This document shows positions 1-10,380 of a stretch of 64,000 nt of DNA, in pieces. The notes beneath the pieces were generated by a model. That model was not told the DNA's origin, ran no database searches, and saw only the letters and a list, made by a program, of their open reading frames with translations. A program made the position numbers and the translations under genes. This DNA comes from Eledone cirrhosa (Eukaryota). The DNA is taken from NCBI GenBank assembly GCA_964016885.1, contig OZ024762.1, positions 29,636,001 to 29,700,000 on the forward strand, written 5' to 3'. The stretch's first letter is position 1, and each line of letters begins with the position of its first letter.

Positions 1-415
1 TTTACAGTGTTGCCTACACGGCCACATTACAGCGTGGACTGTCTGGCGGGTTTTCTACGGCTTGATGCCCTTCCTAACACCAACCACATTTAGTGTGGGG
101 TTGCGAGGTTTTTACTGTGTTGCTTACACGGCCACATTATAGCGTGGACTGTCTGGCGGGTTTTTTACGGCTGGATGCCCTTCCTAACACCAACCACATT
201 TACAGTGTGGACTGGGAGGTTTTTACCGTGTTGCCTACACGGCCACATTACAGCGTGGACTGTCTGGCGGGTTATCTACGGCTGGATGCCCTTCCTAACA
301 CCAACCACATTTACAGTGTGGACTGGGAGGTTTTTACTGTGTTGCCTACACGGCCACATTACAGCGTGGACTGTCTGGCGGGTTTTCTACGGCTGGATGC
401 CCTTCCTAACACCAA

Positions 416-526
416 CCACATTTACAGTGTGGACTGGGAGATTTTTACCGTGTTGCCTACACGGCCACATTACAGCGTGGACTGTCTGGCGGGTTTTCTA
501 CGGCTGGATGCCCTTCCTAACACCAA
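416..526 (+). repeat. Internal two-subunit structure of the monomer: subunit A 416-464 (49 bp) plus subunit B 465-526 (62 bp)
   Basis: A = CCACATTTACAGTGTGGACTGGGAG(A/G)TTTTTACCGTGTTGCCTACACGG; B = CCACATTACAGCGTGGACTGTCTGGCGGGTTTTCTACGGCTGGATGCCCTTCCTAACACCAA. The first ~21 nt are nearly identical, and the rest aligns with gaps. Confidence 0.92.
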
Positions 527-531
527 CCACA
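421..531 (+). repeat. Representative 111-bp monomer
   Basis: Read directly from the sequence. It differs from consensus only by the common GGAGA/GGAGG polymorphism at 441. It has one HaeIII site (GGCC), one FokI site (GGATG) and five CpGs. Confidence 0.98.
448..480. other. Two abutting short inverted repeats present in most monomers (example copy)
   Basis: CCGTGT-tgcct-ACACGG (448-464, perfect 6-bp stem) is followed immediately by CCAC-attacagc-GTGG (465-480). A third, CCACA-tttacag-TGTGG, lies at 416-432. Confidence 0.85.
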
Positions 532-780
532 TTTACAGTGTGGGGCTGGAAGGTTTTTACTGTGTTGCCTACACAGCCACATTACAGCGTGGACTGTCTG
601 GCGGGTTTTCTACAGCTGGATGCCCTTCCTAACACCAACTACGTTTACAGTGTGGAACTGGGAGGTTTTTACCGTGTTGCCTACACGGCCACATTACAGC
701 GTGGACTGTCTGGCGGGTTTTCTACGGCTGGATGCCCTTCCTAACACCAACCACATTTACAGTGTGGGCTGGGAGGTTTT

Positions 781-832
781 TACCGTGTTGCCTACACGGC
801 CACATTACAGTGTGGACTGTCTGGCGGGTTTT
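781..832 (+). repeat. 52-bp truncated monomer (59-bp deletion)
   Basis: TACCGTGTTG recurs at 781 and 833; the junction reads CTGGCGGGTTTT|TACCGTG. Confidence 0.95.
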
Positions 833-2167
833 TACCGTGTTGCCTACACGGCCACATTACAGCGTGGACTGTCTGGCGGGTTTTCTACGGCTGGATGCCC
901 TTCCTAACACCAACCACATTTACAGTGTGGACTGGGAGATTTTTACCGTGTTGCCTACACGGCCACATTACAGCGTGGACTGTCTGGCGGGTTTTCTAAG
1001 GCTGGATGCCCTTCCTAACACCAACCACATTTACAGTGTGGGCTGGGAGGTTTTTACCGTGTTGCCTACACGGCCACATTACAGCGTGGACTGTCTGGCA
1101 GGTTTTCTGCAGCTGGATGCCCTTCCTAACACCAACTACGCTTACAGTGTGGAACTGGGAGGTTTTTACCGTGTTGCCTACACGGCCACATTACAGCGTG
1201 GACTGTCTGGCGGGTTTTCTACAGCTGGATGCCCTTCCTAACACCAACCACATTTACAGTGTGGACTGGGAGATTTTTACCGTGTTGCCTACACGGCCAC
1301 ATTACAGCGTGGACTGTCTGGCGGGTTTCCTACGGCTGGATGCCCTTCCTAACACCAACCACATTTACAGTGTGGACTGGGAGGTTTTTACCGTGTTGCC
1401 TACACGGCCACATTACAGCGTTGACTGTCTGGCGGATTTTCTACGGCTGGATGCCCTTCCTAACACCAACCACATTTACAGTGTGGACTGGGAGGTTTTT
1501 ACCGTGTTGCCTACACGGCCACATTACAGCGTGGACTGTCTGGCGGGTTTTCTACGGCTGGATGCCCTTCCTAACACCAACCACATTTAGTGTGGGGTTG
1601 CGAGGTTTTTACTGTGTTGCTTACACGGCCACATTATAGCGTGGACTGCCTGGCGGGTTTTCTACGGCTGGATGCCCTTCCTAACACCAAACACATTTAC
1701 AGTGTGGACTGGGAGGTTTTTACCGTGTTGCCTACACGGCCACATTACAGCGTGGATTGACTGGCGGGTTTTCTACGGCTGGATGTCCTTCCTAACACCA
1801 ACCACATTTACAGTGTGGGGCTGGGAGGTTTTTACTGTGTTGCCTACACAGCCACATTACAGCGTGGACTGTCTGGCGGGTTTTCTACAGCTAGATGCCC
1901 TTCCTAACACCAACTACGTTTACAGTGTGGAACTGGGAGGTTTTTACCGTGTTGCCTACACGGCCACATTACAGCGTGGACTGTCTGGCGGGTTTTCTAC
2001 GGCTGGATGCCCTTCCTAACACCAACCACATTTACAGTGTGGGCTGGGAGGTTTTTGCCGTGTTGCCTTCACGGCCACATTACAGTGTGGACTGTCTGGC
2101 GGGTTTTCTACAGCTGGATGCCCTTCCTAACACCAACTACGCTTACAGTGTGGAACTGGGAGGTTTT

Positions 2168-2219
2168 TACCGTGTTGCCTACACGGCCACATTACAGTGT
2201 GGACTGTCTGGCGGGTTTT
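2168..2219 (+). repeat. 52-bp truncated monomer
   Basis: TACCG at 2168 and 2220, same junction GGCGGGTTTTTACCG. Confidence 0.95.
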
Positions 2220-3774
2220 TACCGTGTTGCCTACACGGCCACATTACAGCGTGGACTGTCTGGCGGGTTTTCTACGGCTGGATGCCCTTCCTAACACCAA
2301 CCACATTTACAGTGTGGACTGGGAGATTTTTACCGTGTTGCCTACACGGCCACATTACAGCGTGGACTGTCTGGCGGGTTTTCTAAGGCTGGATGCCCTT
2401 CCTAACACCAACCACATTTACAGTGTGGGCTGGGAGGTTTTTACCGTGTTGCCTACACGGCCACATTACAGTGTGGACTGTCTGGCGGGTTTTCTACAGC
2501 TGGATGCCTTTCCTAACACCAACTACGCTTACAGTGTGGAACTGGGAGGTTTTTACCGGGTTGCCTACACGGCCACATTACAGCGTGGACTGTCTGGCGG
2601 GTTATCTATGGCTGGATGCCCTTCCTAACACCAACCACATTTACAGTGTGGACTGGGAGGTTTTTACCGTGTTGCCTACACGGCCACATTACAGCGTGGA
2701 CTGTCTGGCAGGTTTTCTGCAGATGGATGCCCTTCCTAACACCAACTACGCTTACAGTGTGGAACTGGGAGGTTTTTACCGTGTTGCCTACACGGCCACA
2801 TTACAGCGTGGACTGTCTGGCGGGTTTTCTACAGCTGGATGCCCTTCCTAACACCAACCACATTTACAGTGTGGACTGGGAGATTTTTACCGTGTTGCCT
2901 ACACGGCCACATTACAGCGTGGACTGTCTGGCGGGTTTCCTACGGCTGGATGCCCTTCCTAACACCAACCACATTTACAGTGTGGACTGGGAGGTTTTTA
3001 CCGTGTTGCCTACACGGCCACATTACAGCGTTGACTGTCTGGCGGATTTTCTACGGCTGGATGCCCTTCCTAACACCAACCACATTTACAGTGTGGACTG
3101 GGAGGTTTTTACCGTGTTGCCTACACGGCCACATTACAGCGTGGACTGTCTGGCGGGTTTTCTACGACTGGATGCCCTTCCTAACACCAACCACATTTAC
3201 ATTGTGGACTGGGAGATTTTTACCATGTTGCCTACACGGCCACATTACAGCGTGGACTGTCTGGCGGGTTTTCTACGGCTGGATGCCCTTCCTAACACCA
3301 ACCACATTTACAGTGTGGACTGGGAGGTTTTTACAGTGTTGCCTACACGGCCACATTACAGCGTGGACTGTCTGGCGGGTTTTCTACGGCTTGATGCCCT
3401 TCCTAACACCAACCACATTTAGTGTGGGGTTGCGAGGTTTTTACTGTGTTGCTTACACGGCCACATTATAGCGTGGACTGTCTGGCGGGTTTTCTACGGC
3501 TGGATGCCCTTCCTAACACCAACCACATTTACAGTGTGGACTGGGAGGTTTTTACCGTGTTGCCTACACGGCCACATTACAGCGTGGATTGTCTGGCGGG
3601 TTATCTACGGCTGGATGCCCTTCCTAACACCAACCACATTTACAGTGTGGACTGGGAGGTTTTTACCGTGTTGCCTACACGGCCACATTACAGCGTGGAC
3701 TGTCTGGCGGGTTTTCTACGGCTGGATGCCCTTCCTAACACCAACCACATTTACATTGTGGACTGGGAGATTTT

Positions 3775-3826
3775 TACCGTGTTGCCTACACGGCCACATT
3801 ACAGCGTGGACTGTCTGGCGGGTTTT
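3775..3826 (+). repeat. 52-bp truncated monomer
   Basis: TACCG at 3775 and 3827, same junction. Confidence 0.95.
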
Positions 3827-4046
3827 TACCGTGTTGCCTACACGGCCACATTACAGCGTGGACTGTCTGGCGGGTTTTCTACGACTGGATGCCCTTCCTA
3901 ACACCAACCACATTTACAGTGTGGACTGGGCGGTTTTTACCGTGTTGCCTACACGGCCACATTACAGCGTGGACTGTCTGGCGGGTTTTCTACGGCTGGA
4001 TGCCCTTCCTAACACCAACCACATTTACAGTGTGGACTGGGAGGTT

Positions 4047-5100
4047 TTTACAGTGTTGCCTACACGGCCACATTACAGCGTGGACTGTCTGGCGGGTTTT
4101 CTACGGCTTGATGCCCTTCCTAACACCAACCACATTTAGTGTGGGGTTGCGAGGTTTTTACTGTGTTGCTTACACGGCCACATTATAGCGTGGACTGTCT
4201 GGCGGGTTTTTTACGGCTGGATGCCCTTCCTAACACCAACCACATTTACAGTGTGGACTGGGAGGTTTTTACCGTGTTGCCTACACGGCCACATTACAGC
4301 GTGGACTGTCTGGCGGGTTATCTACGGCTGGATGCCCTTCCTAACACCAACCACATTTACAGTGTGGACTGGGAGGTTTTTACTGTGTTGCCTACACGGC
4401 CACATTACAGCGTGGACTGTCTGGCGGGTTTTCTACGGCTGGATGCCCTTCCTAACACCAACCACATTTACAGTGTGGACTGGGAGATTTTTACCGTGTT
4501 GCCTACACGGCCACATTACAGCGTGGACTGTCTGGCGGGTTTTCTACGGCTGGATGCCCTTCCTAACACCAACCACATTTACAGTGTGGGGCTGGAAGGT
4601 TTTTACTGTGTTGCCTACACAGCCACATTACAGCGTGGACTGTCTGGCGGGTTTTCTACAGCTGGATGCCCTTCCTAACACCAACTACGTTTACAGTGTG
4701 GAACTGGGAGGTTTTTACCGTGTTGCCTACACGGCCACATTACAGCGTGGACTGTCTGGCGGGTTTTCTACGGCTGGATGCCCTTCCTAACACCAACCAC
4801 ATTTACAGTGTGGGCTGGGAGGTTTTTACCGTGTTGCCTACACGGCCACATTACAGTGTGGACTGTCTGGCGGGTTTTTACCGTGTTGCCTACACGGCCA
4901 CATTACAGCGTGGACTGTCTGGCGGGTTTTCTACGGCTGGATGCCCTTCCTAACACCAACCACATTTACAGTGTGGACTGGGAGAATTTTACCGTGTTGC
5001 CTACACGGCCACATTACAGCGTGGACTGTCTGGCGGCTTTTCTAAGGCTGGATGCCCTTCCTAACACCAACCACATTTACAGTGTGGGCTGGGAGGTTTT
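4047..5100 (+). repeat. Higher-order duplicate of about 1-1050 (offset 4046 bp)
   Basis: Identical ORF-track patterns at 93/4139, 175/4221 and 620/4666. Both copies share the rare variants TTTTTTACGG and CTAAGGCTGG and the 52-bp unit. Boundaries are approximate. Confidence 0.85.
4827..4878 (+). repeat. 52-bp truncated monomer
   Basis: TACCG at 4827 and 4879, same junction. Confidence 0.95.
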
Positions 5101-8100
5101 TACCGTGTTGCCTACACGGCCACATTACAGTGTGGACTGTCTGGCGGGTTTTCTACAGCTGGATGCCCTTCCTAACACCAACTACGCTTACAGTGTGGAA
5201 CTGGGAGGTTTTTACCGGGTTGCCTACACGGCCACATTACAGCGTGGACTGTCTGGCGGGTTATCTACGGCTGGATGCCCTTCCTAACACCAACCACATT
5301 TACAGTGTGGACTGGGAGGTTTTTACCGTGTTGCCTACACGGCCACATTACAGCGTGGACTGTCTGGCAGGTTTTCTGCAGCTGGATGCCCTTCCTAACA
5401 CCAACTACGCTTACAGTGTGGAACTGGGAGGTTTTTACCGTGTTGCCTACACGGCCACATTACAGCGTGGACTGTCTGGCGGGTTTTCTACAGCTGGATG
5501 CCCTTCCTAACACCAACCACATTTACAGTGTGGACTGGGAGATTTTTACCGTGTTGCCTACACGGCCACATTACAGCGTGGACTGTCTGGCGGGTTTCCT
5601 ACGGCTGGATGCCCTTCCTAACACCAACCACATTTACAGTGTGGACTGGGAGGTTTTTACCGTGTTGCCTACACGGCCACATTACAGCGTTGACTGTCTG
5701 GCGGATTTTCTACGGCTGGATGTCCTTCCTAACACCAACCACATTTACAGTGTGGGGCTGGGAGGTTTTTACTGTGTTGCCTACACAGCCACATTACAGC
5801 GTGGACTGTCTGGCGGGTTTTCTACAGCTAGATGCCCTTCCTAACACCAACTACGTTTACAGTGTGGAACTGGGAGGATTTTACCGTGTTGCCTACACGG
5901 CCACATTACAGCGTGGACTGTCTGGCGGGTTTTCTACGGCTGGATGCCCTTCCTAACACCAACCACATTTACAGTGTGGGCTGGGAGGTTTTTGCCGTGT
6001 TGCCTTCACGGCCACATTACAGTGTCGACTGTCTGGCGGGTTTTCTACAGCTGGATGCCCTTCCTAACACCAACTACGCTTACAGTGTGGAACTGGGAGG
6101 TTTTTACCGTGTTGCCTACACGGCCACATTACAGCGTGGACTGTCTGGCGGGTTTTCTACAGCTGGATGCCCTTCCTAACACCAACCACATTTACAGTGT
6201 GGACTGGGAGATTTTTACCGTGTTGCCTACACGGCCACATTACAGCGTGGACTGTCTGGCGGGTTATCTACGGCTGGATGCCCTTCCTAACACCAACCAC
6301 ATTTACAGTGTGGACTGGGAGGTTTTTACCGTGTTGCCTACACGGCCACATTACAGCGTGGACTGTCTGGCGGGTTTTCTACGGCTGGATGCCCTTCCTA
6401 ACACCAACCACATTTACAGTGTGGACTGGGAGGTTTTTACCGTGTTGCCTACAAGGCCACATTACAGCGTGGACTGTCTGGCGGGTTTTCTACGGCTGGA
6501 TGCCCTTCCTAACACCAACCACATTTACATAGTGGACTGGGAGATTTTTACCGTGTTGCCTATACGGCCACATTACAGCGTTGACTGTCTGGCGGGTTTT
6601 CTACAGCTGGATGCCCTTCCTAACACCAACCACATTTACAGTGTGGACTGGGAGATTTTTACCGGGTTGCCTACACGGCCACATTACAGCGTGGACTGTC
6701 TGGCGGGTTTTCTACGGCTGGATGCCCTTCCTAACACCAACCACATTTACAGTGTGGACTGGGAGGTTTTTACCGGGTTGCCTACACGGCCACATTACAG
6801 CGTGGACTATCTGGCGGGTTATCTACGGCTGGATGCCCTTCCTAACACCAACCACATTTACAGTGTGGACTGGGAGGTTTTTACCGTGTTGCCTACACGG
6901 CCACATTACAGCGTGGACTGTCTGGCGGGTTTTCTACAGCTGGATGCCCTTCCTAACACCAACTACGTTTACAGTGTGGAACTGGGAGGTTTTTCCCGTG
7001 TTGCCTACACGGCCACATTACAGCGTGGACTGTCTGGCGGGTTTTCTACGGCTGGATGCCCTTCCTAACACCAACCACATTTACAGTGTGGGGCTGGGAG
7101 GTTTTTACCGTGTTGCCTACACGGCCACATTACAGCGTGGACTGTCTGGCGGGTTTTCTATGGCTGGATGCCCTTTCTAACACCAACCACATTTACAGTG
7201 TGGGCTGGGAGGTTTTTACCGTGTTGCCTACACGGCCACATTACAGCGTGGACTGTCTGGCGGGTTTTCTACAGCTGGATACCCTTCCTAACACCAACTA
7301 CGTTTACAGTGTGGAACTGGGAGGTTTTTCCCATGTTGCCTACACGGCCACATTACAGCGTGGACTGTCTGGCGGGTTTTCTACAGCAGGATGCCCTTCC
7401 TAACACCAACCACATTTACAGTGTGGACTGGGAGATTTTTACCGTGTTGCCTACACGGCCACATTACAGCGTGGACTGTCTGGCGGGTTTTCTACGGCTG
7501 GATGCCCTTCCTAACACCAACCACATTTACAGTGTGGACTGGGAGGTTTTTACCGTGTTGCCTACACGGCCACATTACAGCGTGGACTGTCTGGCGGGTT
7601 ATCTACGGCTGGATGCCCTTCCTAACACCAACCACATTTACAGTGTGGACTGGGAGGTTTTTACCGTGTTGCCTACACGGCCACATTACAGCGTGGACTG
7701 TCTGGCGGGTTATCTACGGCTGGATGCTCTTCCTAACACCAACCACATTTACAGTGTGGACTGGGAGGTTTTTACCGTGTTACCTACACGGCCACGTTAC
7801 AGCGTGGACTGTGTGGCGGGTTTTCTACGGCTGGATGCCCTTCCTAACACCAACCACATTTACATTGTGGACTGGGAGATTTTTACAGTGTTGCCTACAC
7901 GGCCACATTACAGCGTGGACTGACTGGCGGGTTTTCTACAGCTGGATGCTCTTCCTAACACCAACCACATTTACAGTGTGGACTGGGAGATTTTTACCGT
8001 GTTGCCTACACGGCCACATTACAGCGTGGACTGTCTGGCGGGTTTTCTACGGCTGGATGCCCTTCCTAACACCAACCACATTTACTGTGGGGTTGCGAGA

Positions 8101-10328
8101 TTTTTACCGTGTTGCCTACACGGCCACATTACAGCGTGGACTGTCTGGCGGGTTTTCTACGGCTGGATGCCCTTCCTAACACCAACCACATTTACAGTGT
8201 GGACTGGGAGGTTTTTACCGTGTTGCCTACACGGCCACATTACAGCGTGGACTGTCTGGCGGGTTTTCTACGGCTGGATGCCCTTCCTAACACCAACTAC
8301 GTTTACAGTGTGGAACTGGGAGGTTTTTAGCGTGTTGCCTACACGGCCACATTACAGCGTGGACTGTCTGGCGGGTTTTCTACAGCTGGATGCCCTTCCT
8401 AACACCAACCACATTTACAGTGTGGACTGGGAGATTTTTACCGTGTTGCCTACACGGCCACATTACAGCGTGGACTGTCTGGCGGGTTTTCTACGGCTGG
8501 ATGCCCTTCCTAACACCAACCACATTTACAGTGTGGACTGGGAGGTTTTTACCGTGTTGCCTACACGGCCACATTACAGCGTGGACTGTCTGGCGGGTTA
8601 TCTACGGCTGGATGCCCTTCCTAACACCAACCACATTTACAGTGTGGACTGGGAGGTTTTTACCGTGTTGCCTACACGGCCACATTACAGCGTGGACTGT
8701 CTGGCGGGTTTTCTACGGCTGGATGCCCTTCCTAACACCAACCACATTTACATTGTGGACTGGGAGTTTTTTACCGTGTTGCCTACACGGCCACATTACA
8801 GCGTGGACTGACTGGCGGGTTTTCTACAGCTGGATGCTCTTCCTAACACCAACCACATTTACAGTGTGGACTGGGAGATTTTTACCGTGTTGCCTACACG
8901 GCCACATTACAGCGTGGACTGTCTGGCGGGTTATCTACGGCTGGATGCCCTTCCTAACACCAACCACATTTACAGTGTGGACTGGGAGGTTTTTACCGTG
9001 TTGCCTGCACGGCCACATTACAGCGTGGACTGTCTGGCGGGTTTTCTACAGCTGGATGCCCTTCCTAACACCAACTACGTTTACAGTGTGGAACTGGGAG
9101 GTTTTTACCGTGTTGCCTACACGGCCACATTACAGTGTGGACTGTCTGGCGGGTTTTCTACAGCTGGATGCCCTTCCTAACACCAACTACGCTTACAGTG
9201 TGGAACTGGGAGGTTTTTACCGTGTTGCCTACACGGCCACATTACAGCGTGGACTGTCTGGCGGGTTTTCTACAGCTGGATGCCCTTCCTAACACCAACC
9301 ACATTTACAGTGTGGACTGGGAGATTTTTACCGTGTTGCCTACACGGCCACATTACAGCGTGGACTGTCTGGCGGGTTTTCTACGACTGGATGCCCTTCC
9401 TAACACCAACCACATTTACAGTGTGGACTGGGAGGTTTTTACCGTGTTGCCTACACGGCCACATTACAGCGTGGACTGTCTGGCGGGTTTTCTACGGCTG
9501 GATGCCCTTCCTAACACCAACCACATTTACAGTGTGGACTGGGAGGTTTTTACAGTGTTGCCTACACGGCCACATTACAGCGTGGACTGTCTGGCGGGTT
9601 TTTTACGGCTTGATGCCCTTCCTAACACCAACCACATTTAGTGTGGGGTTGCGAGGTTTTTACTGTGTTGCTTACACGGCCACATTATAGCGTGGACTGT
9701 CTGGCGGGTTTTCTCCGGCTGGATGCCCTTCCTAACACCAACCACATTTACAGTGTGGACTGGGAGGTTTTTACCGTGTTGCCTACACGGCCACATTACA
9801 GCGTGGACTGTCTGGCGGGTTATCTACGGCTGGATGCCCTTCCTAACACCAACCACATTTACAGTGTGGACTGGGAGGTTTTTACCGTGTTGCCTACACG
9901 GCCACATTACAGCGTGGACTGTCTGGCGGGTTTTCTACGGCTGGATGCCCTTCCTAACACCAACCACATTTACATTGTGGACTGGGAGATTTTTACCGTG
10001 TTGCCTACACGGCCACATTACAGCGTGGACTGTCTGGCGGGTTTTCTACGGCTGGATGCCCTTCCTAACACCAACCACATTTACAGTGTGGGGCTGGAAG
10101 GTTTTTACTGTGTTGCCTACACAGCCACATTACAGCGTGGACTGTCTGGCGGGTTTTCTACAGCTGGATGCCCTTCCTAACACCAACTACGTTTACAGTG
10201 TGGAACTGGGAGGTTTTTACCGTGTTGCCTACACGGCCACATTACAGCGTGGACTGTCTGGCGGGTTTTCTACGGCTGGATGCCCTTCCTAACACCAACC
10301 ACATTTACAGTGTGGGCTGGGAGGTTTT

Positions 10329-10380
10329 TACCGTGTTGCCTACACGGCCACATTACAGCGTGGACTGTCTGGCGGGTTTT
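10329..10380 (+). repeat. 52-bp truncated monomer
   Basis: TACCG at 10329 and 10381, same junction. Confidence 0.95.

Noticed and set aside
381-464. Twister or HDV-like ribozyme within the monomer
   Set aside because: The typical twister core (GGTCCCAAGCCC...GGAGGG) is absent on both strands, and I could not build an HDV-type nested double pseudoknot by eye. An Rfam cmscan would be needed to exclude it fully.
448-464. Intrinsic terminator (hairpin next to a T-tract)
   Set aside because: The T-tract precedes the hairpin on the plus strand, and an A-tract follows it on the minus strand. This is the wrong arrangement, and there is no gene context.
421-531. Hammerhead-ribozyme or retrozyme-type tandem repeat
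   Set aside because: No CTGANGA core on either strand. GAAA is present only on the minus strand, and the CTGACTG and CTGAGAG variants do not fit the core.
511-531. Telomere-like CCTAA(C) in CCCTTCCTAACACCAACCACA
   Set aside because: A single 5-6 nt match per monomer, not tandem; expected by chance.
421-531. CENP-B box
   Set aside because: CGGG is present, but there is no TTCG on either strand of the consensus, so the TTCGnnnnAnnCGGG motif is not met.
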